Below the pieces are notes generated by a model. It did no database searches, was not told the origin of the DNA, and saw only the letters and a list, made by a program, of their open reading frames with translations. This document shows positions 1-9,900 of a DNA stretch of 64,000 bases, one piece after another (within the stretch, counting starts at the first letter, position 1; each line of letters begins with the position of its first letter). The DNA comes from a virus (Duplodnaviria; Caudoviricetes), in IMG/VR virus record IMGVR_UViG_3300027971_004105. One strand, written 5' to 3'. The translations under genes and the position numbers were made by a program.

Positions 1-153
1 GTGGTGGCTAAAATTACAGATATACAAATGGACGATCATGGTCAACCAGTGATTTATACCAACAAAGGACCTAAAAAATTATTCAGTTGTAGATTGAGTA
101 AATTAACACCAGGGTCTAAGACACCCAAGCAGATACTGCAGGAGAAACGATGA
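1..153 (+). CDS. Hypothetical protein, 3' part (truncated by window start)
   Basis: Frame 1 open from base 1 (VVAKITDIQMDDHGQPVIYTNKG...) to TGA at 151-153, overlapping the next ATG (ATGA). Confidence 0.65.
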   Translation: MVAKITDIQMDDHGQPVIYTNKGPKKLFSCRLSKLTPGSKTPKQILQEKR

Positions 154-365
154 ATACTGATATCACACTGCTGATGGGCATAGTATTATTGCTGATGTTG
201 GGTGCTTTAATCGGTTGGTATCTGAGTGAAAGATGGTATTCCCAAAGACTTTTTATCATACTGGAAGAGTGCAAAAAATTAAATGCAGCCACTATCACAC
301 TGTGGCAAGACATACTCAAACACAAAGAAAAAAATCTTCAAGATCAAGACAATTTACCTAAATAG
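150..365 (+). CDS. Small membrane protein
   Basis: N-terminal hydrophobic stretch LLMGIVLLLMLGALIGWYL; coupled to upstream stop. Confidence 0.6.
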   Translation: MNTDITLLMGIVLLLMLGALIGWYLSERWYSQRLFIILEECKKLNAATITLWQDILKHKEKNLQDQDNLPK

Positions 366-374
366 GTTGATTTT

Positions 375-1244
375 ATGTTCAAATGGCTATATAGCTGTTA
401 TAGCATGAATGATACCGCAGAAAAATATCGTCCTAGCATACAGGATAGAATCGCAGAGAGAGTGCGTGAAATAGTTGTGCCAGTGGAAGACTGGTTGGAT
501 CGATTGATCACCATGCCAGATAGATTTAATCCTGAAACATTCCAATTGATAGAACATTTCAAAAAAGAAAAAGTGGGTGGCGTGCATGCCCGTAAGATTA
601 TAGAAATGTACGAAACTCAATACAAAGAATACAAGGATCTATTGGAACTGAGAAAAAAGAATTTAAAATTTAAAGAGATTGACGAAGAAGGAGAAGGTGA
701 TTCTGAAGAAAGACAACTGTTGGAATCATACGAAGACGTCAGCAATGAAGTGATAGAAAAAGGTATCAAAGCTCATGATAACATATTCAAAGCCTGCGAT
801 TATATGATAGATATTGCCAATGCCAATCGTAAACCACGCAAGAAGAAACTCATCAGCAAAGAAAAAATGGTATCCAAATTACAATATTGTGTGGAAGACA
901 CCAAGTACAATTTAAAAAGCATTGATCCCAAAGATATTATCACAGCCGAACAGGTATGGGTGTTCAATACAAAAACTAGAAAATTAGGCATATATGTGGC
1001 CAGTGTGTTGGATCCCAGAGGACTCAACAGAGAGGGCACAGGATTGAGTGTGAAAGGTGCCAGCATACAAGGATTTAACCCAGAAAAAAGCATACAAAAG
1101 ACCCTTAGAAAGCCTGAACTGCAACTGAATGAATTTATGAAGTGTGGCCCAGTTAAATCCAAGACCTTTTTCACAGAGATCAACAGCATGGAAATTGCCC
1201 TCTCAGGACGCATTAATTCGGACACCGTATTATTAAAAGTTTAG
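375..1244 (+). CDS. Conserved-looking phage hypothetical protein
   Basis: 289 aa ORF with genome-typical codon usage; no recognisable catalytic motif. Confidence 0.6.
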   Translation: MFKWLYSCYSMNDTAEKYRPSIQDRIAERVREIVVPVEDWLDRLITMPDRFNPETFQLIEHFKKEKVGGVHARKIIEMYETQYKEYKDLLELRKKNLKFKEIDEEGEGDSEERQLLESYEDVSNEVIEKGIKAHDNIFKACDYMIDIANANRKPRKKKLISKEKMVSKLQYCVEDTKYNLKSIDPKDIITAEQVWVFNTKTRKLGIYVASVLDPRGLNREGTGLSVKGASIQGFNPEKSIQKTLRKPELQLNEFMKCGPVKSKTFFTEINSMEIALSGRINSDTVLLKV

Positions 1245-1245
1245 A

Positions 1246-1253
1246 TATAAATA
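1246..1253 (+). promoter_or_regulatory. T4-type late promoter TATAAATA
   Basis: Exact T4 late consensus 7 nt upstream of ATG 1261; the (A/C)TAAATA core recurs before many structural genes. Confidence 0.75.
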
Positions 1254-1260
1254 GTAGTGT

Positions 1261-2151
1261 ATGTCAAAATCCATTGAACGCAATATAGCATCAGTTAATA
1301 AAGGAGCAGACGATTTTACCACTGGTTTAAAACAGTTGGCACAATCTGCAGCAGATGCCATCAACAACAAGCATATTCAAGAGAAACCCATTGAGTTCAT
1401 GGGCACTGCTGACAATGGTATCTACGGCAAAGGACTACAGTGGACCGGAGTTGGACAAACCAAATATCTAGTGCTGCAGGCCACTCCAGACAGAATTTGG
1501 AGCAACGTCAACATAGATTTAAAACCAGAGAATCATTACAGCATTGACAACACATCAGTATTGAGTGCCAATGAGTTGGGCAAAACCGTGACCAAGAGCA
1601 ATCTACGTCAGGTGGGCACATTGAATAATCTGGTGGTGTCAGGCAATTTAAACGTGAGTCAATTTGTTATTTTTGATTCGGGCATGAACAGACTGGGCGT
1701 GGGCACAGAAACTCCCAATGCCACATTATCAGTGGCCAGCAACACTGTGGAATTTATTGTGCAACCAGGTGTGTCTGCAGCAGACATAGGCACTCATACC
1801 AACAGTGGTCTTAATATTAAAACTGACAACACAGATAGAATTTCAATCACAGCCAATGGCCATATCACTTTGGGATTGAAAGGCAACACTGAAACTAAAA
1901 TTAATATGTACGGCAGAGTGGGTATTGGTGTTACCAGTGTGGAATCAGATGTGAGTCTCAGCACTTCAGGAGCAGTAAAATTCCAAAACAAAAAATTTGA
2001 AATTGGCAACAGTGAGCCTTTAGCAGGATCTTACACTCAGGGTGATGTGGTATGGAACAGTGCACCAACTCCAGGCAACGTAATAGGTTGGGTGTGTGTG
2101 TTGACCGGCACTCCAGGACAGTGGAAATCATTCGGCGCAATAGCCAATTAA
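1261..2151 (+). CDS. Virion structural / tail-fibre-like protein
   Basis: Late promoter; G/T/N-rich beta repeats (RLGVGTETP, GRVGIG); C-terminal GDVVWNSAP...IGWVC...GQWKSFG module typical of phage fibre proteins. Confidence 0.6.
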   Translation: MSKSIERNIASVNKGADDFTTGLKQLAQSAADAINNKHIQEKPIEFMGTADNGIYGKGLQWTGVGQTKYLVLQATPDRIWSNVNIDLKPENHYSIDNTSVLSANELGKTVTKSNLRQVGTLNNLVVSGNLNVSQFVIFDSGMNRLGVGTETPNATLSVASNTVEFIVQPGVSAADIGTHTNSGLNIKTDNTDRISITANGHITLGLKGNTETKINMYGRVGIGVTSVESDVSLSTSGAVKFQNKKFEIGNSEPLAGSYTQGDVVWNSAPTPGNVIGWVCVLTGTPGQWKSFGAIAN

Positions 2152-2152
2152 T

Positions 2153-2674
2153 CTAAGTACTCATCACATCTTTGAGATATTTCTTATTCCAATATTTGTA
2201 ATAATTCTTTGATCGCAAGAATTTTCTAGCAGACTCTAATTTGGATCTTTTTTGACACAGTATAAGATTGTACAAACCGTTGTTGGTTCTCACGTTTTTA
2301 ATTTGAGTTTCTTCATCCCAATGATCAGCTAGGAATACATATTCCTTATGAGTATCATTCAATTGATCGCACAACTCATACATGTCTTTCTTTTTCATGC
2401 GAAATTCTTTGAGATACAACAGCACGTCCAAGGTTTCCAACAGTGTTTGGTCTTTTTCAAATCTAATCTTTTTGCGTACTCTGTCTAGGATCTTATATCG
2501 GGCACGGACAGCATAAGGACACACTGCCAACCCTCCCAATTCTGATTGAACCATGCTGAGATGTTTGGTCCAGAGCTTGATGTGTGATTTCATAGACATA
2601 TATGTGTATTTAATAAATATAGACATGTTTGTAATAGGCAACGGTGAAAGTCGAAAGCACATAAACCTCGACAA
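2153..2674 (-). CDS. Hypothetical protein (true start probably near 2596-2602)
   Basis: ORF fills the gap between two + genes; TAAATA motif on the - strand just upstream of MSMKSH. Confidence 0.55.
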   Translation of the reverse strand: MSRFMCFRLSPLPITNMSIFIKYTYMSMKSHIKLWTKHLSMVQSELGGLAVCPYAVRARYKILDRVRKKIRFEKDQTLLETLDVLLYLKEFRMKKKDMYELCDQLNDTHKEYVFLADHWDEETQIKNVRTNNGLYNLILCQKRSKLESARKFLRSKNYYKYWNKKYLKDVMST

Positions 2675-3209
2675 AATTAATCAAACCAAGATAGGCTGCA
2701 ATGCTGTGTTTAGAGATTGGCAAATGGATCATCTAGTTTGTTGTGATCGCAAGATGGTGTTGGAAGCTCTGCATGAAACCAATCCAGACCTTACCAAAAT
2801 ACACACCAGAGCTGAATATATCAGTATGGATTCAAGATTGAGTTGTGTGCCAGATTTGCCTTATGAGAGCAAACTGAGACAGGATCAACCCATTCATTGG
2901 GGCAGTGGTCCTTATGCTGTGCTGTTGGCCATAAAACTTATTCATTCCGATGAAACCATCCACCTGTTGGGATTTGATCTATATGGCACCGGAGAGAGAA
3001 TCAATAATGTGTACAAAGACAGTGTGGGTTATAAAAAATCGCATGAAAGAGCAGTGGATCCTAGATATTGGATACATCAGTTGCACCAGTTGTTTGAATT
3101 GCATCCAAACATAAAATTTGTGATGCATGTGACAGAATCTTTCGTCAAACCCACTGAATGGCATCATACCAATTTAGAATATCAGAGCTTGACAATGCTG
3201 CGGCAATAA
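2625..3209 (+). CDS. Glycosyltransferase/MptE(DUF115)-like Rossmann-type protein
   Basis: Start reassigned to ATG 2625 (MFVIGNGESR), after ATAAATA at 2613-2619; IGNGxS, GCNA, SGxxAV and LLGFD motifs. Confidence 0.5.
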   Translation: MFVIGNGESRKHINLDKINQTKIGCNAVFRDWQMDHLVCCDRKMVLEALHETNPDLTKIHTRAEYISMDSRLSCVPDLPYESKLRQDQPIHWGSGPYAVLLAIKLIHSDETIHLLGFDLYGTGERINNVYKDSVGYKKSHERAVDPRYWIHQLHQLFELHPNIKFVMHVTESFVKPTEWHHTNLEYQSLTMLRQ

Positions 3210-3218
3210 TGTAATAAT
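3189..3218 (+). promoter_or_regulatory. sigma70-like promoter for queD
   Basis: TTGACA 3189-3194 followed 17-18 nt later by TAATAA/AATAAT. Confidence 0.55.
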
Positions 3219-3251
3219 ATATGATGTTTGTAATTTATGACAATTACACAT

Positions 3252-3310
3252 AGAGGACTTGGTATAATCCCTCTTTAAAAATTCTTCTACCATATTAAAC
3301 AATAGGAGAT
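3252..3310 (+). ncRNA. preQ1-I-like riboswitch candidate (H-type pseudoknot with anti-SD)
   Basis: P1 AGAGG 3252-56/CCUCU 3270-74 preceded by C3269, A-rich tail, P2 UGGUA 3260-64/UACCA 3288-92; lies in the 5' UTR of queD. Confidence 0.65.
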
Positions 3311-3313
3311 AAT

Positions 3314-3841
3314 ATGGTGAAATATTACAGTACAAAAACATACGGCAACGACCGAGGTTTGAGTTGTTGTTTTAGACAGTGGCAGAGCACTCATTCACAC
3401 TGTTCTTTGCTGCATGGTTACAGCATAGGTATTAAATTAACTTTTGAATCAGAGACTCTGGATGATCGCAATTGGGTCATGGACTTTGGTGGATTGAAAG
3501 CATTCAAAGAATGGAGTGAACACATGTTTGATCACACATTGGTGGTGGCTGAAAATGATCCACACCTAGACAAATTTAAAGCATTGGCAGCATTGGGATT
3601 AAATTCAGTGGGCGGCATCTGTGATCTACGCATAGTGCCAGCAGTGGGCTGTGAAAAATTCAGCGAGTTGGTTTACAATGAGATGAACAAGATATTGAAA
3701 ACTTTTCAGTCAGGCAAGACTTACAAGTTGCCCAACGGTAAAGGATTTGATTGCAGGTATCCTGTGGGTCAAGGAGTCAAATTGCATTCAGTGGAAGTGT
3801 TTGAACACGCAGGGAATTCGGCCATATATCAAGCACAATAA
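3314..3841 (+). CDS. queD: 6-carboxy-5,6,7,8-tetrahydropterin synthase
   Basis: SHCSLLHGY (CxxxHG) motif, MDFGGLK, FDH, E-K-F and V-E-V-F-E motifs of the T-fold PTPS/QueD family; SD AGGAG. Confidence 0.88.
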   Translation: MVKYYSTKTYGNDRGLSCCFRQWQSTHSHCSLLHGYSIGIKLTFESETLDDRNWVMDFGGLKAFKEWSEHMFDHTLVVAENDPHLDKFKALAALGLNSVGGICDLRIVPAVGCEKFSELVYNEMNKILKTFQSGKTYKLPNGKGFDCRYPVGQGVKLHSVEVFEHAGNSAIYQAQ

Positions 3842-3853
3842 ATACTCCTGACC

Positions 3854-4558
3854 ATGTCTAACAATTATGTGTTGTGTCTCAAACACGGCAACAAATACAG
3901 TGCTGAATATGTGAATGTGTTAAAAAAAATGACACAACGCAATCTCACAGTGGCACATGAATTTGTGTGTTTCACTGAAGATCCCAAAGGCATAGATCCA
4001 GACATCAGAATATTGCCACTGCCTGCAGTTGTTCTCAAAGGATGGTGGTACAAAACCATGCTGTTCAATCCCCACTTGCCCATACAAGGCACCCTGCTGT
4101 TCATTGATTTGGATGTGATTATTTTTAAAAACATAGACAAATTGTTCACCCACAAGCCTGGAGAATTCTGTGTGTGCAGAGACTTCAACAGATGTTTTCA
4201 ACCCAACTGGCAGAAGATGAACAGTTCAGTGGTGCGTTGGAGCACAGGACAACACCCACAGATTTACAACAATTTTATCAAAGATCCACACACCATCAGC
4301 AAGAGATTTCATGGAGATCAAGACTGGTTGTTTGATCAGGTCAAAAAACACTATCAGTTCTGGCCTGATGAATGGATACAATCCTACAAGTGGGAGATGC
4401 GTGGCAATCCCAAATTGGTGAGACAGAAGACAGGTTTCAAAAACTTCACATCACCTGGTGAGCCCAAAATTAAATCAGACACTGCTGTGGCTGTGTTTCA
4501 CGGTGATCCCAATCCTAGAGAATGCGTGGATCCTTGGTGTCAAACCCATTGGAAATAG
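3854..4558 (+). CDS. GT-A fold glycosyltransferase
   Basis: LFIDLDVII (DxD), NSSVV, GDQDW, VFHGDPNP; ATAAATA at 3838-3844. Confidence 0.72.
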   Translation: MSNNYVLCLKHGNKYSAEYVNVLKKMTQRNLTVAHEFVCFTEDPKGIDPDIRILPLPAVVLKGWWYKTMLFNPHLPIQGTLLFIDLDVIIFKNIDKLFTHKPGEFCVCRDFNRCFQPNWQKMNSSVVRWSTGQHPQIYNNFIKDPHTISKRFHGDQDWLFDQVKKHYQFWPDEWIQSYKWEMRGNPKLVRQKTGFKNFTSPGEPKIKSDTAVAVFHGDPNPRECVDPWCQTHWK

Positions 4559-4572
4559 CCATTGAATCCACA

Positions 4573-4601
4573 TTGACTGCAGTCAAAATATCGCATATAC
4601 T
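4573..4601 (+). promoter_or_regulatory. sigma70-like promoter for uvsE, with a 14-bp palindrome on the -35 box
   Basis: TTGACT 4573-78, 17-nt spacer, TATACT 4596-4601; TTGACTGCAGTCAA 4573-4586 is a perfect palindrome. Confidence 0.7.
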
Positions 4602-4607
4602 AATAGT

Positions 4608-5660
4608 ATGATCAAAAGAATAGGTTTTTGCTGTCAATGGTTTCATCATGATAGAACTCTTAAAAAGAAACAACTGGAAGAATTAGAACGTCCTTACAAT
4701 ACCAGAGCTACCACTGTGCGTTGGTTGAACGAACACAAGGAACAAGCCGAAGAAAAACTGGCATTTGTGTTCAAACACAACATAGATGGCATCAAGAATT
4801 TAATATTAAAAGTGTCTGAACTGCCTGTGAGCAGAAGAATGTGCAGAATATCATCACCCATACTGCCAGTGGCCACTGAAAACACTTGGAGATACTATTG
4901 GGACAAGCCAGACATAATCAAGTATTGCGAACAACACTTTGCTGAAGCAGGCGATTTGGCTCGCAAACACAATGTTAAAGTATCTTTTCATCCAGGACAA
5001 TTCACGGTGTTGGCATCGGATAATCCAGACATAGTGGAAAGAAGCATAGACGAATTTGAATATCATGTGCGTATGGCGAAAATGATGGGGTTTGGTAAGA
5101 AATGGCAGGATGGTTGTAAAATCAATGTACACATATCAGGTCGTCAAGGTCCAGAAGGTATCATAAAAGCATTGCCTAGATTATCACCTGAAGCACGCAA
5201 TCTTATCACCATAGAGAATGATGAAATGAGTTGGGGATTGGATGCCACACTCCAGTTGGAAAAACATGTGGCATTGGTGCTGGACATACATCATCACCTT
5301 ATACGAGATGAAGAATACATACGTCCCACTGATGACAGAGTCAAAAGAGTCATAGACAGTTGGAGAGGCGTGCGACCCACCATGCATTATTCTTATTTTA
5401 GAGATGAAGCTTTAATGCCAGCATTTGATGCTGACACACAGCACATGATGCATAAAAATATGTTGCCCATGAAAGACTTAATAACGTTGGGCTGTCAAAA
5501 GGTAAAATTGAGATCTCACAGTGATCTGTTGCCCAATGCAGCACACAATGAATGGGCACTGTCATTTTTAGAATGCATGGACATTCAGGTGGAAGCAAAG
5601 GCCAAGAACTTGGCAGCTGAACAACTGCACAATCAGGCACAAGCTCTGGGTCTACTGTAA
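4608..5660 (+). CDS. uvsE: UV DNA damage endonuclease (UvsE/UvdE)
   Basis: RIGFCC N-terminus, RISS, SFHPGQF, INVH, IENDE, LDIHHH, HYS, HSD, EAKAKNLA. Confidence 0.9.
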   Translation: MIKRIGFCCQWFHHDRTLKKKQLEELERPYNTRATTVRWLNEHKEQAEEKLAFVFKHNIDGIKNLILKVSELPVSRRMCRISSPILPVATENTWRYYWDKPDIIKYCEQHFAEAGDLARKHNVKVSFHPGQFTVLASDNPDIVERSIDEFEYHVRMAKMMGFGKKWQDGCKINVHISGRQGPEGIIKALPRLSPEARNLITIENDEMSWGLDATLQLEKHVALVLDIHHHLIRDEEYIRPTDDRVKRVIDSWRGVRPTMHYSYFRDEALMPAFDADTQHMMHKNMLPMKDLITLGCQKVKLRSHSDLLPNAAHNEWALSFLECMDIQVEAKAKNLAAEQLHNQAQALGLL

Positions 5661-5671
5661 TAAATACTGCC

Positions 5672-6241
5672 ATGCAAGACATGAAGCAGTGGATCGAATT
5701 GTTCGAAACCAAACAAAAACGTGAAAAAACCCTAGTGTTGGAAACATTGCCTTATGGCATGGGTGATTTGGATCCTGTGCTGAGCCGTGCCAATGTGGAA
5801 TATCATTATGGAGTATTGAGCCGAGGTTATGTGAATCGATACAACACAGGAGAAGGTGATCCTGATTTCAATTATGGTGGTGCTAAATTGCACAATTTAT
5901 TTTGGGCTCAATTGCAAGCACCCCGAGGCAGCAATCTTCCTCAAGGCACAATAAAAGAATTCATAAACGAACATCATAAAGATTATGACAGTTTTAAAGA
6001 AACGTTACTTTTGACCACTATGAAACTGCAAGGATCTGGATGGGTGTACTTGTCTCGATCAGGAGAGATCAAAACCACTCCCAATCAAACATATCGAACT
6101 GATATTTTAATGCCCATAGATATGTGGGAACATTCATTTATGGATTATGTGCCGGCAAAAGATGCCAAGAAACGCTACATTACAAATATTTTTAAAATAA
6201 TCAATTGGTCTACAATCAACGACCGTTTGAACACAAAATAA
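5672..6241 (+). CDS. sod: Fe/Mn superoxide dismutase with N-terminal leader
   Basis: LPY...L.P, EYHYG, LHNLFW, QGSGW, DMWEH: all four metal ligands present; late motif at 5660-5666. Confidence 0.85.
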   Translation: MQDMKQWIELFETKQKREKTLVLETLPYGMGDLDPVLSRANVEYHYGVLSRGYVNRYNTGEGDPDFNYGGAKLHNLFWAQLQAPRGSNLPQGTIKEFINEHHKDYDSFKETLLLTTMKLQGSGWVYLSRSGEIKTTPNQTYRTDILMPIDMWEHSFMDYVPAKDAKKRYITNIFKIINWSTINDRLNTK

Positions 6242-6529
6242 TCACAATTCATCTATAGGTGTATCACTGCTGACATTCATGTCCAGTATTTTGCGTTGCC
6301 GCACACCTTGTTGCTGTGCAAAACGCTTGGGATCACATGCACCGCACACATGCTTGTAATCATTGCTGATGCGTTTGATGGCTATGCTGCCTTTCTCCCT
6401 TTCAAACAGTGCATTGCAACTGTCACACTGGAACCTATAGTAGGTTTTGTGACGCACACAGGTGTGTTTTGTGCCCAGTTTACTGATGCGTTCAGTAAGA
6501 TGTTGTTTCACAACTTTTTCTAAAAACAT
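6242..6529 (-). CDS. Hypothetical protein with two CxxC pairs
   Basis: CDSC and CGAC; GTAAATA on the - strand upstream. Confidence 0.6.
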   Translation of the reverse strand: MFLEKVVKQHLTERISKLGTKHTCVRHKTYYRFQCDSCNALFEREKGSIAIKRISNDYKHVCGACDPKRFAQQQGVRQRKILDMNVSSDTPIDEL

Positions 6530-6592
6530 ATACTTGTATTTACATTAGGATTTGTGTTTTTTTAATAAATAATTGAAACAGAACGGAAACAC

Positions 6593-6940
6593 ATGGCTGT
6601 AATCACTGTCACTGAAAGAGCAATCGAAAAGATCAAAGAGTTGTGTCATCACAACAACAAATATGCTGTGAGACTCAGCATCAAAGGTGGTGGGTGTGCA
6701 GGTTATTCCTACGATTGGGGATTTGCTGATCAATCAGAAATTGCACCTGCAGATGAGCTGTTAAACTTTGGCAATGGAGCCAAGTTCACTATAGATGCTG
6801 CCAGTGTGATGTATATTCTAGGCACTGAGTTGGATTATGTGACTGAAGTGTTTGGATCACATTTTGACATTCGCAATCCCAATGCCAAGAGCGCATGTGG
6901 TTGTGGTGAGAGCATCAGTTTTGAAAAGGAGACAGCATAA
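6593..6940 (+). CDS. iscA: A-type Fe-S cluster carrier (HesB/IscA/SufA)
   Basis: GGGCAGYSY, LDYVTEVFGSHF, NPNAKSACGCGESI. Confidence 0.92.
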   Translation: MAVITVTERAIEKIKELCHHNNKYAVRLSIKGGGCAGYSYDWGFADQSEIAPADELLNFGNGAKFTIDAASVMYILGTELDYVTEVFGSHFDIRNPNAKSACGCGESISFEKETA

Positions 6941-6943
6941 CAC

Positions 6944-9900
6944 ATGGCCAAACAGAATATCAATATCGGAGTGGAAGGTAACGACGGTACCGGCGATAGT
7001 ATTCGCGATGCGTTTAGGAAAGCGAATGAAAACTTCACGGAACTTTATGCAGTTTTTGGACAAGGTGGACAGATTGCTTTCACATCACTGAGTGACACTC
7101 CTGACACACTGGGCATATTCAAACTGCCTATCAGCAACAGCACCGGCACAGAATTAGAAATGAGATCATTGTCTGGTGGTGTGGGTATCTCTGTGAGTTT
7201 AGCCACAGCAGGTCAGATTGTGATCAGCAACACCGGCAGTGAGTTGGTGGATGACCTTTCACCCAGTCTAGGAGGTCCGCTCAATGCCAATGGGTTTGCA
7301 GTGGGCAACGCAGAAGTCACCAGCCAAGCAGTGAGCAATTTTAATTCCACACATGGAACCAACATCACCATAGATGAATTATTAATCACCAAAGGCTACG
7401 CAGATCAAAGATATTTAAAATTAAGTGGTGGCGGCAGTGGAACTGCTGGACAAATACGAGTGAGAGATGAACCACCAAATGCATCAGAATACACCATCAC
7501 CATTGCCAGCTACAGTGCCGGCAATGCTGTGATCACTGCACATGGTTTTGACACCAGTGCCAATGGTATTGCCTACATCTACAACAGCACAGGCACTCCA
7601 GCTGTGGGATTGAGCAATGGTGTTACATATTACTTGCGTTTTGTAAATGTGAATCAGATGAGCATGCATGCTTCGTTTGCTCAAGCCACCAATGACGATG
7701 ACAGCACCAGAGTAAAAATCACTGTGTCAGGTGGCACAGGCACACAGACTTTGTTGGATGCTGACTATGATGACGCATTGGCAGGATATTTCTTAAGCAC
7801 AGAAGCCATGCCAAGAAAATCCATTGTGAGACGTCAAGGAGACACCATGACTGGTGCTCTTTATCTGCATGACCATCCAGGAGATTTGGCAGGTGAAGGC
7901 ACTCCCAACGGTGTGGATGATCTTCAAGCAGCCACAAAATTTTATGTGGACAACACCAGCTTCAGTTCTCAGGTTAATTTATATGTGGCCACCTCAGGTG
8001 ATGACAGTATGCAAGGAGTTCCACCAGGCAAAGAAGGCAGAGCTCTCAATTATGCTTATAAATCAATCAATGCTGCAGCTCGCAAAGCAGAAGAATTAAT
8101 ATTGACCACTCCTGTGGCACTAGGACCTTACACACAAACCATTACCTACAATACAGGAGCCAGCAATTCATTGGTGGTGTCTGAAGGAGTCACCAGCAGC
8201 AGTGGATACAACAATGTAAAATTGTTGATAGATGCCAATAGAACTTTCATAATCAAACAGATGATTGGTTTCATCAATACCACTTATCCTGATTTCATCT
8301 ATGATGAAGCAATCTGTGAACGTGATTTGGGTTTAATTTTGGATGGTATTGTGATAGATGTGTTGGCCAGTGTGAACTCCAACGTGAGATCACTGCAGGC
8401 AGGATTGAGATACTACAGCAATGTGAGTGCTGCCACTGCTATCAACCAACAGTTGACACAGACATTGGCTGGCATCAACTATGCCAAAAGCATCACCAAC
8501 ACTATTTTGCAAAATTTAACAGTGACTCCCACTTATGATGCAGGTTTTACGCAGACCATTGACGCACCCAGCACAGTGGATTCAACTGGCAGAGCTTCAG
8601 TGGCTGCCAAGTTCGATATCATTACCAACATCATCAGCAATGGTCCCACATCAGCTGCTCCTGAAGTGGAAGGCAGTACCTACACCATCACCATCAGCAA
8701 TGGCAGTTTTGGATTTGTGGATCAGAACAATCCCAACAATCAAGATTTAATTCCAGGCAAATTGATCAGAGGCAAGCAGAGCAATGCACTGGGCCGTGTG
8801 GTGAGCATCCTAGCAGGTGGTGCTGTGGACACTGTGCGAATGATACTGGTAGAGCCAAGAGAATTTGATGTGGGTGAGGAATTAGAATTTGCTGCTCCAA
8901 TAAAAAATCAGAACATAACCATTAGAGTGGAAAGTGGCACATACTTGGAAGATTATCCCATAAAAGTGGTCAACAATGTTTCTATCAAAGGAGATGAATT
9001 CCGTCGAGTGATTATTAGACCCAAAAATAGAATTTCACAATCACCTTGGGCTGACATTTATTTCTACAGAGATTTAACCATAGATGGATTAACCACTGCA
9101 ACCACAAACTTTGGTCGTCAATACTTGAATGATCCCACAGCTTTGAAGAATGTTGGATCTAGTTATACCAACGTAGGTGGATACACAGCAGCAGCTGAAC
9201 AAATTTTAGATGCCAAGCCCACCATTCAAACAGCAGTGGTGACCTACACCAATTCATTGCTGAGTCCCAGCTCGTTGAGTCCCACAGCGGAAGCTGCCAG
9301 CAGACGCGACACTGGATTGATTGTGGATGCAATTTACAATGATTTAATTCGAGGTGGCCGAGAAAATATTTTAGAAGTACAAGGTGGATTTTTTGGAGTG
9401 GCATTGAGCGCTCAACGCAAACAAGGAATTACCTATGTGGGTACATATATCAATGCTTCAGTGATCGCAGCTTTTTCAGCCACAATTAAAAGCATTGTGA
9501 CAAACATGCTCACATCAGTGAGTTTTGCTTTCAATGTATCTTATAATCCTCCCAAAAACAACAGACAGATGGATGTGTTTTTAATGGGAGAAGCTACCAT
9601 AATTAGAAATGTGACCTGTCAAGGCCACGGTGGATTCATGTGTGTGTTGGATCCTGAATCACAAGTTTTGAACAAATCACCCTACATACAAACAGCCAGC
9701 AGTTTTTCACAAAGCATCAATGCCAAAGCATTCCGAGGAGGTATGTTTGTGGATGGATCTTGTGGCAATGTGCCTGTCAATGTGCAGAATGTGGTGAGTG
9801 CATTTGAATTGGAAGTGGACAGCGATCCAGGAGAAGGATTGTTCATAAGAAAACCACTCACTCCCACAAGTTTCTACATCGGTGGACAAAGATATCAAGT

